Below are positions 39,638-49,274 of a stretch of DNA of 63,198 bases, piece after piece. Made by a program: the position numbers and the translations under genes. The notes below the pieces were generated by a model. It was given only the letters and a program-made list of their open reading frames with translations, was not told the DNA's origin and did no database searches. The stretch is from Burkholderiales bacterium (lineage in GTDB: Bacteria > Pseudomonadota > Gammaproteobacteria > Burkholderiales > SHXO01). The first letter of the stretch is position 1, and each line of letters begins with the position of its first letter. Location of the stretch: assembly GCA_036554965.1 (NCBI GenBank), contig DATBMG010000032.1, positions 1 through 63,198 on the forward strand, read 5' to 3'.

Positions 39638-40345
39638 GTGAGGGTCGGGCGAGGGATGATGAATACGCAGCTGAATCACGAAGCGATGGCCGACGCCTCA
39701 AATCATTTCGCGCGTTGCACGTCGCGCACTTGGCCAGGCTCGCTCCGCCGTCTCGGCTTGGCCGACTACGCGTCCACCTGGCGCGCCATGCGCGAGTTCA
39801 CGGACTCGCGCAGCGCCGACACGCCGGACGAGCTGTGGTTGCTCGAGCATCCCCCGGTGTACACCTACGGAGTCGCAGGCCGCGCCGAGCATCTGCCGCG
39901 AGGCGATACCGGCATTCCGGTGATCAAGAGCGACCGTGGCGGGCAGGTCACCTACCACGGTCCTGGCCAATCGATCGCCTACACCCTGATCGACCTGCGC
40001 CGCGCCGGCCTGACGGTGCGCGGCCTGGTCGAGCGGCTGGAACAGGCCGTGCTAGACTTGCTGCAGGACTACGGCGTGCACGGAACGCGCCGCGAGGGAG
40101 CGCCGGGCATCTATGTAGGGGGCGCGAAGGTGGCCGCCCTGGGTCTGCGCATCCGCGGCGGGTACAGTTACCACGGCCTGAGCCTGAACGTGGATCTGGA
40201 CCTGGGCCCGTTTGCGGCCATCGACCCGTGCGGTTACCCGGGCCTGGCGGTCACGCGGCTGCGCGACCTGGGTGTGGTCGAGTCCGCCGCAGGCGTGGGC
40301 GAGTGCCTGCTGCATCACCTGATCGAGCAGCTTTCCAGACCATGA
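39638..40345 (+). CDS. lipB: Lipoyl(octanoyl) transferase
   Basis: Motifs [32 protein letters not shown] and PCGY. The exact start is uncertain because several in-frame Met codons are available. Confidence 0.88.
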   Translation: MRVGRGMMNTQLNHEAMADASNHFARCTSRTWPGSLRRLGLADYASTWRAMREFTDSRSADTPDELWLLEHPPVYTYGVAGRAEHLPRGDTGIPVIKSDRGGQVTYHGPGQSIAYTLIDLRRAGLTVRGLVERLEQAVLDLLQDYGVHGTRREGAPGIYVGGAKVAALGLRIRGGYSYHGLSLNVDLDLGPFAAIDPCGYPGLAVTRLRDLGVVESAAGVGECLLHHLIEQLSRP

Positions 40346-41280
40346 GCGACCCCAGCAACGGCCAGACCGGCGCGGCGAAGACCGCACGCAATCCGGTCAA
40401 GATCATTCCTATCGCCCCGCTCAAGAAGCCCGAGTGGATCCGCGTGAAGGCCGGCAACAGCCAGACCTTCTACGAGGTCAAGCGCAAGCTGCGCGCGCAC
40501 AATCTGCACACGGTGTGCGAGGAGGCCTCCTGCCCCAACATCGGCGAATGCTTCGGCAAGGGCACCGCCACCTTCATGATCCTGGGCGACCTGTGCACCC
40601 GGCGCTGCCCGTTCTGCGACGTGGCGCACGGCCGCCCCAAGCCACCGGATCCGCAGGAGCCGCTGAACCTCGCCCGCACGGTGGCCGATCTCGGCTTGAA
40701 GTACGTGGTCATCACCAGCGTGGATCGGGACGACCTGCGCGACGGCGGCGCCGCGCACTTCGCGCAGTGCATCCGCGCCGTGCGCGAGCATTCCCCGGCG
40801 ACTCGGATTGAAATCCTCACGCCGGATTTCCGCCGCCGGCTGGAAAAAGCGCTCGACGCGCTGGCCGAGGGCCTGCCGGACGTGATGAACCACAACCTGG
40901 AGACCGTTCCTCGGCTATACCGGATGGCCCGTCCCGGCGCCGACTACGCGCACTCGCTCAAGCTGCTGCAGGACTTCAAGGTGCGTTTCGCCGGCATCCC
41001 TACCAAGTCAGGGATCATGGTCGGTCTGGGCGAGACCGACGAAGAAATCCTGCAGGCGATGCGCGATCTGCGCAGCCACGGCGTGGACATGCTCACCGTG
41101 GGCCAGTACCTGCAGCCGACCACCGGGCATCTGCCGGTGATGCGCTACGTGGAACCGGCGCGTTTCAAGGAGTACGAGCGCGAGGCGCTTGCGATGGGCT
41201 TCGCCCACGCGGCCTGCGGGCCGCTGGTGCGCTCGAGCTATCACGCGGACCAGCAGGCGCACGGCGTGGTCGCGGCATGA
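40342..41280 (+). CDS. lipA: Lipoyl synthase (radical SAM)
   Basis: 312 aa with [12 protein letters not shown] and [14 protein letters not shown] overlap with lipB. Confidence 0.95.
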   Translation: MSDPSNGQTGAAKTARNPVKIIPIAPLKKPEWIRVKAGNSQTFYEVKRKLRAHNLHTVCEEASCPNIGECFGKGTATFMILGDLCTRRCPFCDVAHGRPKPPDPQEPLNLARTVADLGLKYVVITSVDRDDLRDGGAAHFAQCIRAVREHSPATRIEILTPDFRRRLEKALDALAEGLPDVMNHNLETVPRLYRMARPGADYAHSLKLLQDFKVRFAGIPTKSGIMVGLGETDEEILQAMRDLRSHGVDMLTVGQYLQPTTGHLPVMRYVEPARFKEYEREALAMGFAHAACGPLVRSSYHADQQAHGVVAA

Positions 41281-41302
41281 GCGCCAGCGGCCCCGGCACC
41301 GA

Positions 41303-43180
41303 TCAGCCGTAACGGGCTTTCGCTGTTTCCTGCGCAGGCCGCTCGTCGCGCACCGCCGAATACTCGGGAACGAACCGGCTCAACCCGGCGCGCACCTGAT
41401 CGTCCGGACACGCCCCGGCGCTACCGAGCCATTCCATCAACCGCGGTAGCCAGTCGGGCGCAACGCCGCGCGCGCGCGCGATGCGCAGCTTGGCGTGCGG
41501 CGTGGCGAGCGTGCGTTCGTCGTCGGCCAGCACCTCCTCGTACAGCTTCTCGCCCGGGCGCAGGCCGGTGAACACGATTTCGATGTCGTCCTCGCGCAGA
41601 CCCGACAGCCGGATCAACTCGCGCGCCAGGTCCACGATGCGCACCGGCTCGCCCATGTCGAGCACGAAGATCTCTCCGCCGTGGCCCATGGCGCCGGCCT
41701 GCAGCACCAGTTGGGCCGCTTCGGGGATGGACATGAAGAAGCGCGTGATGTCGGGATGCGTGACCGTGATCGGGCCGCCGTCGGCGATCTGCTGGCGGAA
41801 CTTCGGGATGACGCTGCCCGCGCTGCCCAGCACGTTGCCGAAGCGCACCATCACATAGCGCGTGCCGATCTCGCGCTGCAGCGCCTGGCACACCATCTCG
41901 GCCAGGCGCTTGGTGGCGCCCATGACGTTGACCGGATTCACTGCCTTGTCGGTGGAGACCATGACGAACGCCTCGACGCCCGCCTGGGCCGCGGCCGCCG
42001 CGAGCACGTAGGTGCCGAGCACGTTATTCTGTACCGCTTCCCAGGCGTTCACCTCTTCCATCAGCGGCACGTGCTTGTACGCCGCGGCATGGAACACCAC
42101 CCGCGGCCGGTATTCGCGCATGATCTGCTCCACCCGCGGCCGGTTGCGGGCATCGCCCACGGCACAGACGATGTCCAGCCCGGGATGACCGGCGCGGAAC
42201 TCCTGCTCGACCTGATACAACGCGAACTCGGACAGCTCGAACAGGATCAAGCGCGCCGGCTTGAAACGGGCGATCTGGCGGCATAGTTCCGATCCGATGG
42301 AACCCCCGGCCCCCGTTACCAGGATCGTCTTGCCGGAGAGAAAACCGGACAAGATCTTCTCGTCCAACGCCACCGGATCGCGGCCGAGCAGGTCGTCGAG
42401 TTCCACGCTCCGCAGCTGGGACACGGTGACCTTGCCGCTCACGATGTCATCGAAAGACGGCACAGTGAGCACCTTGAGCCCGGCCTGCGTCGCCAGGCGT
42501 ACCGCGCGGCGCCGCAGAGTGTGCGACACCGAGGGCATGGCTATGATGGCGTGCTCCACATCGAGGTCGGCCGCCACCTTCGCCACGTCGGCGAGCCGGC
42601 CGCGCACCCGCACGCCGTGGATTTGCCGACCCTGCTTGCCGTCGCTGTCGTCGAGCAGCCCCACGGTACGCCAGTCGCGCTTGGCCGACAGCTCGCGGAT
42701 CAGCGCGTCGGCGGCGTCGCCCGCCCCGAGGATCAGCACCGGCGCGGCCTGCACTCTGGCCAGCCCCCCCAGCCGGCCCTCCTTCCAGGCGCGATAGGCC
42801 ATGCGGCTGCCGCCCATCACGAACAAGAGCAGCAAGGGATCGAGCAGGAACACCGAACGCGGCACGAGCACTGTCAGGCGCAGCAGCACCAGCAGCGCGG
42901 GCACCGCGAGCGCGGCGACAGTCAGCGTGAGGGCGATGAGGCGCAGATCGTGCAGGCTGGCGTAGCGCCAGATGCCGCGGTACAAGCCGAAGCGCCAGAA
43001 AAACAAAGCTTGCACGCCGACCACCAGCGGCAGCGTCTGCAGCATGGCCGCGGCAAACTCGGAAGGTAGCTCGAGGTTGAAACGCAGCCAGAAGGCCGCC
43101 GCCCAGGCCACGCCGCTCGCCGCCACGTCGTGTGCCATGGCGAGCGCGACGCGCGGATTGAAGCGGCGGCTCCGGCGCAC
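41303..43180 (-). CDS. wbpM: Membrane-anchored UDP-GlcNAc 4,6-dehydratase (WbpM/PglF/CapD family)
   Basis: 625 aa with four N-terminal TM helices and two Rossmann domains (VTGAGGSIGSEL). GTG start. Confidence 0.88.
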   Translation of the reverse strand: MRRSRRFNPRVALAMAHDVAASGVAWAAAFWLRFNLELPSEFAAAMLQTLPLVVGVQALFFWRFGLYRGIWRYASLHDLRLIALTLTVAALAVPALLVLLRLTVLVPRSVFLLDPLLLLFVMGGSRMAYRAWKEGRLGGLARVQAAPVLILGAGDAADALIRELSAKRDWRTVGLLDDSDGKQGRQIHGVRVRGRLADVAKVAADLDVEHAIIAMPSVSHTLRRRAVRLATQAGLKVLTVPSFDDIVSGKVTVSQLRSVELDDLLGRDPVALDEKILSGFLSGKTILVTGAGGSIGSELCRQIARFKPARLILFELSEFALYQVEQEFRAGHPGLDIVCAVGDARNRPRVEQIMREYRPRVVFHAAAYKHVPLMEEVNAWEAVQNNVLGTYVLAAAAAQAGVEAFVMVSTDKAVNPVNVMGATKRLAEMVCQALQREIGTRYVMVRFGNVLGSAGSVIPKFRQQIADGGPITVTHPDITRFFMSIPEAAQLVLQAGAMGHGGEIFVLDMGEPVRIVDLARELIRLSGLREDDIEIVFTGLRPGEKLYEEVLADDERTLATPHAKLRIARARGVAPDWLPRLMEWLGSAGACPDDQVRAGLSRFVPEYSAVRDERPAQETAKARYG

Positions 43181-43181
43181 C

Positions 43182-43491
43182 TCAGGCCTCCCGGGGCGCT
43201 CGCCGACAAAGGTCGACGTCCAGCGCGCCGGCGAGACACAGTGCAGCTAGCAACAGGCAGCCGAACGCCAAGGTGGGTTGTCCGCCCATCCACGCCGCAC
43301 CCGCGTACGCGCCGAATCCGATCACGGTTATTCCCGCTGCAAGACCGTCCGCACCATCCGTGAAATTGTACAGGTTGGTGATCCCGGCGAGTATCCGGGT
43401 TTCAGGGGATCTTTGGCGACGCAGTCCTAATACCAGCGCGCCGCAGTCCCCAAGGGCACGGACACGATGCGCGCCCGCCGGTTCGGGCGGC
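43182..43491 (-). pseudogene. Remnant of a WbpL/WecA-family (MraY-like) polyprenyl-phosphate HexNAc-1-P transferase
   Basis: Only about 60 residues of family similarity remain around NLYNFTDGADGLAAG. After CLAG the family sequence seems to continue in another frame (TFVGERPG, where IFMGDSGS would be expected). The N-terminal two thirds are absent. An intact paralog lies at 48250-49272. Confidence 0.7.
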
Positions 43492-44640
43492 TCAGCCGGA
43501 CCTGCGCCAGATGACACGGTTCACATAGTCGACGTAGCTGAGGATGATGCGCACCACCTTGCGTGCCACGTCCGTGGGAGCGTAGTCTCCGACCATGCGA
43601 AAACTTCGACCTTTGCTCCGCTGCTGCTGGGTGACCGTCTCGACCGCCTCCAGCACTCGCTCACGCCCCACCCCGCACATCACCAGGGTGCCTTCGTCCA
43701 TGCCCTCCGGGCGCTCGTGCGCCTCCCGGATGGTGACCGCGGGGAAATCCAGGATCGACGACTCCTCAGTGATGGTACCGCTGTCCGATAGCACGCAGAA
43801 GGCGTTCATCTCGAGCTTCGCGTACTCGAAGAAGCCCATTGCGGGCAAGAAGCGCAAGTCCGGCCCCTCGTCTTGCACGCCGAGCTGCGCCAGGCGCTTT
43901 CGCGTGCGCGGATGGGTCGAGAAGACCATCGGGTGACCCCAACGCGCCTGCAGGGTGCGCAGCGTGTCCAGCAAGGTCGCCAGCCTCGTCTCATCGTCGA
44001 CGTTTTCCTCCCGATGCGCGCTCACCAGGAAATAGGCTCCCTGCGAGAGCTCCAGATCGGCGAGTACGGTGCTCGCCTCGATCGGCTCACGATAGTGCTC
44101 CAGCACCTCGCGCATCGGAGAGCCGGTCTTGATCACCAGCTCGGGGCGCAAGCCCTCCGCCAGCAGGTAGCGCCGCGCGTGCTCGGTGTAGACCAGGTTG
44201 ACGTCGCTGACGTGGTCGACCAGGCGGCGGTTGATCTCCTCCGGCACGCGCTCGTCGAAGCAGCGGTTTCCCGCCTCCATGTGAAATACCGGGATCTTCA
44301 GCCGCTTGGCGCAGATCGCCGCGAGGCAGCTGTTGGTGTCCCCGAGCAGCAGCAGCGCGTCGGGGCGTTCGCGTTGCAGGATCTCGTAGGAGCGCGCCAG
44401 CACGTTCCCCAGGACCTCGCCCAGGCTCGCGTCGGCAACGCCTAGGAAATGATCCGGTTTGCGGATGCCCAGCTGGTCGAAGAACACCTGATTCAGCTCA
44501 TAGTCGTAGTTCTGGCCGGTGTGCACCAGCACTTGCCGCAGCGTCGCGTCGAGCTCGTGGATCACCCGGCTGAGCTTGATCACCTCGGGACGGGTGCCAA
44601 CGATCGTCATCACCTTGGTCGGCATCGGAGTCCCCCGCAT
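43492..44640 (-). CDS. Non-hydrolysing UDP-N-acetylhexosamine 2-epimerase (WecB/FnlC/WbvD type)
   Basis: 382 aa with KVMTIVGTRPEVIKL, HTGQNYD, GDTNS and HMEAGNR. Confidence 0.88.
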   Translation of the reverse strand: MRGTPMPTKVMTIVGTRPEVIKLSRVIHELDATLRQVLVHTGQNYDYELNQVFFDQLGIRKPDHFLGVADASLGEVLGNVLARSYEILQRERPDALLLLGDTNSCLAAICAKRLKIPVFHMEAGNRCFDERVPEEINRRLVDHVSDVNLVYTEHARRYLLAEGLRPELVIKTGSPMREVLEHYREPIEASTVLADLELSQGAYFLVSAHREENVDDETRLATLLDTLRTLQARWGHPMVFSTHPRTRKRLAQLGVQDEGPDLRFLPAMGFFEYAKLEMNAFCVLSDSGTITEESSILDFPAVTIREAHERPEGMDEGTLVMCGVGRERVLEAVETVTQQQRSKGRSFRMVGDYAPTDVARKVVRIILSYVDYVNRVIWRRSG

Positions 44641-45705
44641 CTAGCGCAGCAGCTCTTCGCCGGTGCTGAGGTCCACGTCCTCGATCGTGAGAGTGTGCTT
44701 GCGCAGCAGGGCGACGGTCGCGGAGAGGTCCAGCACCTTATCCGCGGAGCTGAATTCCCGGGTGAGGGCGTTGACCTCGGTGCGCGCCTCGCGCAGCTCG
44801 GGCAGCATTGGCTGAATCGCGTAGTACGGGCCGCGTCGTACGGTGTGATGGATCTCCTCCTCGGAAATCATGATCTCGTGCATCTTCTCCCCGGGCCGGA
44901 TGCCCACAGTCTTGATGGCGATGCCGCGGTCGGCGATCAGCGCCTTGGCGAGATTCAACACAGTCGCGGCGGGCGCATCGGGTACATAGGTTTCCCCCCG
45001 GTGCGCTTCCCGGACCGCAGCGAACACCGTATCGACGGCCTCGTTCAAGCTGAGCAGAAACCGCGTCATGCCAGGGTCGGTCAGCGTGACCGGCCCGCCG
45101 CTGCGGATCTGGTCGTGGAACAGCGGAATCACCGAGCCGCGCGAGGCCAGCACATTACCGTAGCGCACGCAGACGAAGCGCGTGCGCGGGTTGAGGATGT
45201 TCGCCGCGATGAAGATGCGCTCCTGCAGCGACTTGCTCATGCCCATCACGTTCACCGGCTTGCAGGCCTTGTCGGTGCTGATGCCAACCACCGTCTCCAC
45301 CGGATAGCTCTGCTCCTCGATGGCGCGCACGATGTTGTAGGCGCCAATGCAGTTCGTCATCAGGGCCTGTACCGGGAAGTATTCACAGGTGGGAACCTGT
45401 TTCAGGGCGGCCGCGTTGATCACGATGTCGGCACCTTTCGTGGCCGAGCACACGTCGTCGTAGCTGCGCACGTCGCCGATGCGAAACTCCAGCACGTTCA
45501 AGAAGTTGTTGAAGATGACTTCGTCCGTCGTCACGCGCCGGTGCAGGTAGGAAAGCCGCATCTCGTGCTGCTTCGCCTCATCGCGCGACAGCACGATCAC
45601 CTTGCGCGGCGTGCCCAGCTCTCCGCTCAAGACGCGATGCACGAACTTCTTTCCCATGGACCCGGTTCCTCCGGTGACCAGCACTGTCTTCTCCTGGAAG
45701 ATCAT
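44641..45705 (-). CDS. UDP-GlcNAc 4,6-dehydratase/5(3)-epimerase (FnlA/CapE/WbvB type)
   Basis: 354 aa with KTVLVTGGTGSMGKKFV, ISTDKACKPVNVMGMSK and VRYGNVLASRGSVIP. Confidence 0.88.
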   Translation of the reverse strand: MIFQEKTVLVTGGTGSMGKKFVHRVLSGELGTPRKVIVLSRDEAKQHEMRLSYLHRRVTTDEVIFNNFLNVLEFRIGDVRSYDDVCSATKGADIVINAAALKQVPTCEYFPVQALMTNCIGAYNIVRAIEEQSYPVETVVGISTDKACKPVNVMGMSKSLQERIFIAANILNPRTRFVCVRYGNVLASRGSVIPLFHDQIRSGGPVTLTDPGMTRFLLSLNEAVDTVFAAVREAHRGETYVPDAPAATVLNLAKALIADRGIAIKTVGIRPGEKMHEIMISEEEIHHTVRRGPYYAIQPMLPELREARTEVNALTREFSSADKVLDLSATVALLRKHTLTIEDVDLSTGEELLR

Positions 45706-45714
45706 CGTCCCCTC

Positions 45715-46572
45715 TCAGGTGATCTCGCGCGCAAGCTCCGCAACCATCTGGTCCCAGCTTGGCGGCGAGTAGCCGAATGCGGCGCGGAAACGCTCGGAAT
45801 TCAAGCTGCGGTCGCAGTGGAAGCCGTCGTCGGGCGCAATGCGCACCTGCAGCCCGAGCGCCGCATCGATCCGGCGCAACAGGTCGTGTTTGGATATCGG
45901 CTCGCTCGAGACGTGGTAGAGGCCCGATGCAGCCGGGTGGTCGGTGAGGAGCCGCTCGATCACCCGCGACAGCTCGGCGGTGGTGAAGCCGGAGAAGATG
46001 GCCCGAGTGAAGCCCTTGACAGCGCCGCCACGCTGGGCCAGGAACCACTCGAGCAGCCCGCGCTTGCGGATGAGCTCGGGGCCGATCATCGACGTGCGCA
46101 AGGTCAGACAGGGGGGCTCGGACACCTCGCCCAGCAGCTTGCTGCGCCCGTACAGATCCTGCGGGTCGGCTGGGTCGTCTTCGCGGTAGTCGCCCCGGGT
46201 TCCGGCAAACACACAGTCGGTGCTAAGGTGAACCAGCCGGGCGCCGACAACGCGGGCCAGCTGCGCCAGCCGGTGGGGAAGAAGACTGTTGATCTGCAGG
46301 CTCGGTATCGCCTCGCCGGCTTCGGCGCGCTGCTTCACGATGCCGACGCAGTTGACGATGGCATGCGGCGGGAAGGCGGCCAGCACCTGGGCCAGCTGGT
46401 CGCTGTCGCGCACGTCGACGCCGGCGAACACGTTGGCGGCGGTGAACAGCTCGAAGCGGGCGTAGGCCGGGAGCTCTTGGTGCAACGTGACCTTGACCTC
46501 GTGCCTGACCCGCAGCTGGCGCAGCAGGCGATGGCCAAGCATGCCGTCGCCGCCCAGGATCAGGACGCGCAC
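45715..46572 (-). CDS. RmlD-like SDR C-4 reductase (WbvR-like)
   Basis: 285 aa with MRVLILGGDGMLG and LVHLSTDCVFAG...Y...DP...YGRSK. It is shorter than, and of a different type from, the roughly 370-aa FnlB/CapF reductase. Confidence 0.8.
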   Translation of the reverse strand: MRVLILGGDGMLGHRLLRQLRVRHEVKVTLHQELPAYARFELFTAANVFAGVDVRDSDQLAQVLAAFPPHAIVNCVGIVKQRAEAGEAIPSLQINSLLPHRLAQLARVVGARLVHLSTDCVFAGTRGDYREDDPADPQDLYGRSKLLGEVSEPPCLTLRTSMIGPELIRKRGLLEWFLAQRGGAVKGFTRAIFSGFTTAELSRVIERLLTDHPAASGLYHVSSEPISKHDLLRRIDAALGLQVRIAPDDGFHCDRSLNSERFRAAFGYSPPSWDQMVAELAREIT

Positions 46573-46700
46573 CCGGTCTTTCCTCCGACCCGCTCCCTCA
46601 TCCAGCGGTCCAGGCGTGCGAGCAGCACGTCGCGTTCAACTCGCGCAAGAGGTACGCCGTGCTCCGCTGACCCATGATCTGTCGTCCACCACACGGCATT

Positions 46701-46731
46701 TTATACACTTTTCAGCACGCCGCTGGTCAAG
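46701..46731 (-). promoter_or_regulatory. Candidate sigma-70 promoter for the minus-strand sugar-nucleotide operon
   Basis: Minus strand reads TTGACC, then 19 nt, then TATAAA, inside the AT-richer 430-nt divergent intergenic region. The spacer is longer than ideal. Confidence 0.3.
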
Positions 46732-47004
46732 GAATACTCGGGGTTCTTGTGAGGCAGTCCGCGTTTGACTTGGCGTGGCCGGGGACTGCATAATTTGCCG
46801 CCACGTTCATTGTGAAGCCTCCCGGCAGCGTGGATCGGGGGTGAAAGGACGCCGCAGGCAGCCTCGATGGCGCGCCATCGGGCACACCGGATGCGGCAGC
46901 ACTCTAGCGTTGTCACAACGCCGCTGCCGGCATGGATTCTCCTAATTCTTGGATAAGTGCATCAGGTTGGACGGCCGGGTGCTGGGCGCGAGGAATGTCT
47001 CACG

Positions 47005-48234
47005 GTGACGCTTCTGCTGGTGACTCAGTATTTCTGGCCCGAGCAGTTCATCATCAACGACCTTGTGCGCCACATCGCGAGAAGAGGGCATAACGTCACG
47101 GTGATGACCGGCAAGCCGAACTACCCCGGCGGAGCGGTCTTCGAGGGCTACACCGAATCGGGTTTGCAGGTCGAAACCTTCGCCGATGGCGTGGAGGTAT
47201 TTCGAGTACCTCTGCGCGCGAGACGAAGCGGTGGCGCAAGAAACCTGTTCCTGAATTTCGTTTCCTTCGTCTGGTCCGGGTTGCGGTACTTCAGAAGGTT
47301 GCTGAAGAACCGCCATTACGACGCCATACTCGTGTTTGCCTCGCCGATTACGGCAGTCATTCCGGCCATTCCCCTCAAGTGGACAAAGAAGGCCCACCTC
47401 GCCCTGTGGATCCAGGATCTTTGGCCTGAGAGCCTCTCGGCAACGGGATTCGTTCGGAACGAATTTCTGCTAAGAGCCGTGGGCTATCTGGTGCGCGCTA
47501 TCTATGCTTGCGCAGACACGATTCTCATCCAGTCGCACGCTTTCCGGCAGCCCGTGGCTCGCTATGCCGGCGGGGCGAATATCGTCTACTACCCGAACTC
47601 GGTCGACGCCTCCAGCCCGATGGACGACGGGTCCGACTCCCTGCCAGAGGACCTCGTCAGCCTGCTGGATTCGAGTTTCTGCGTGCTCTTTGCCGGCAAC
47701 CTCGGGACAGCTCAAGCGGTCGAAACACTGGTCGAGGCGGCAGCGAAGCTGCGCGACCTGAAGGATTGCCGGATGGTTCTGGTCGGATCCGGAAGCATGC
47801 TCGATTGGGTGCGGGAAAGAAAATCAGCGCTCGGCCTGGACAACCTTGTTCTCGCGGGGCGTTTTCCCATGAGCGCCATGCCACACATCTATCGACGCGC
47901 GCGCGGGCTGATCGTGTCGTTGAAGGACGAGGAGATTTTCGCCTACACCGTCCCCAGCAAGATGCAGGCCTATCTCGCCGCCGGGAGGCCGATCATCGCC
48001 GCGCTCAACGGAGAGGGAGCCCGGGTCGTGACGGAGGCGAACGCGGGACTCGTGTGTCCTGCCGAGGACGCCGCCGGCCTCGCGCAGTGCATCCGTACGC
48101 TGCACGCCATGCCGGAGGCTGAACGCGTCAGGATGGGAGAATCCGGGTATGCCTATTTTCTAGAGCACTTCGAGATGAGCCGCCAGGCCGAGCGATTGAT
48201 AGAAATCTTGAGCTCCGGTGCGCGCGAGCGATAA
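47005..48234 (+). CDS. GT4 family glycosyltransferase (WbuB-like, the type associated with L-6-deoxy-HexNAc transfer)
   Basis: About 409 aa with N-terminus LLLVTQYFWPE and an EX7E-type C-terminal domain. GTG start at 47005. Confidence 0.8.
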   Translation: MTLLLVTQYFWPEQFIINDLVRHIARRGHNVTVMTGKPNYPGGAVFEGYTESGLQVETFADGVEVFRVPLRARRSGGARNLFLNFVSFVWSGLRYFRRLLKNRHYDAILVFASPITAVIPAIPLKWTKKAHLALWIQDLWPESLSATGFVRNEFLLRAVGYLVRAIYACADTILIQSHAFRQPVARYAGGANIVYYPNSVDASSPMDDGSDSLPEDLVSLLDSSFCVLFAGNLGTAQAVETLVEAAAKLRDLKDCRMVLVGSGSMLDWVRERKSALGLDNLVLAGRFPMSAMPHIYRRARGLIVSLKDEEIFAYTVPSKMQAYLAAGRPIIAALNGEGARVVTEANAGLVCPAEDAAGLAQCIRTLHAMPEAERVRMGESGYAYFLEHFEMSRQAERLIEILSSGARER

Positions 48235-48249
48235 CGCCGCTTTTCTCAA

Positions 48250-49272
48250 ATGTCCGCCGAGATGACGTGGGGGCTCGCCTTGGGGGTGACGGTGTTCGTG
48301 TCCACCATCGCCGGCACGTTAGCATTCCGGTCGTTGGCCTTTCGTAGGGGCATCCTCGCCAACCCGAACTACCGCAGCCTGCATCAACGCCCGATGCCAC
48401 AAGGCGGAGGAGTCGTGTTCTCGATTGCATTCCTCGCTGCGGTCACGGTCCTGTGGTGGACCGGCTCCATCGATGCGAAGTCGATGCAGGCGATCGGATT
48501 CGGCGGCCTGATGGCGGCCCTGTTTGGTTTTATGGATGATGTCATTCACGTGAATCCAGCCGCAAAATTACTGGCGCAAGGCGCCTTGGCGGGCTGGGTG
48601 TTGTTCTGTTTTGGCGGCAAGCCCCTGCTCGATCTTCCGTGGACGCCGACGATCGTGGAGCTTGGCCTCAGCTGGCTCGCCCTCGTCTGGCTGATGAACG
48701 TTTACAATTTCATGGACGGCGTGGATGGCATGGCTGCCTCGGGCGCTGTTTTCATCTGCTCGGCCAGCATCATTGTGCTGCTGCTATCGGACGGCGATCG
48801 TAGCCTTGTGCTCCTGTGCGGGCTGCTCGCGCTCGGCTGCCTGGGCTTCTTGCTGTTCAACTGGCCGCCGGCGTCGATCTTCATGGGAGATTCCGGAAGC
48901 CTGTTTCTCGGGTATTGCTTCGGCACCTTGATCACCAGAACCGTTGCCGAGGGCCAACTCAGCCCCTGGACATGGCTCGTGATTTTCGGGTACTTCGCGG
49001 GCGATACGACCACCACGACCGCGACGCGTCTCTGCCTTACCAAGACCTGGTACGGAGCGCACCGCAGCCATGCCTACCAGAATCTCGCTCGAATCTGGGG
49101 CGATCACAGGAAGGTCACGATTGGGGTGTTTCTCTATCACCTGCTCTGGCTGCTACCACTGGCCGTCTTGTCCGAACTGGCTCCGGCGGCTGCGCCGCTC
49201 GCCGCGGCACTTGCGCTGGGGCCAGCCGTTCTTTGGACGCTGCGGTACGGGCCCAGGCTGTCGAGCACCTGA
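48250..49272 (+). CDS. wbpL: WbpL/WecA-family initiating polyprenyl-phosphate HexNAc-1-P transferase
   Basis: 340 aa, about 10 TM helices, with GFMDD, NVYNFMDGVDGMA and IFMGDSGS. Confidence 0.88.
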   Translation: MSAEMTWGLALGVTVFVSTIAGTLAFRSLAFRRGILANPNYRSLHQRPMPQGGGVVFSIAFLAAVTVLWWTGSIDAKSMQAIGFGGLMAALFGFMDDVIHVNPAAKLLAQGALAGWVLFCFGGKPLLDLPWTPTIVELGLSWLALVWLMNVYNFMDGVDGMAASGAVFICSASIIVLLLSDGDRSLVLLCGLLALGCLGFLLFNWPPASIFMGDSGSLFLGYCFGTLITRTVAEGQLSPWTWLVIFGYFAGDTTTTTATRLCLTKTWYGAHRSHAYQNLARIWGDHRKVTIGVFLYHLLWLLPLAVLSELAPAAAPLAAALALGPAVLWTLRYGPRLSST

Positions 49273-49274
49273 CC

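Noticed and set aside
46895-46915. A possible JUMPstart/ops (GGCGGTAGnnTG) RfaH-recruitment element upstream of the plus-strand glycan operon.
   Set aside because: The best local string is ctctagcgttg, which matches only about 6 of 8 core positions and lacks the GGCGG part. That is not convincing without a genome-wide motif search.
46701-46916. A 71-aa ORF on the minus strand inside the 430-nt divergent intergenic region.
   Set aside because: No SD sequence, a Cys/Arg-rich composition without motifs, and overlap with the probable promoter region. Probably non-coding.
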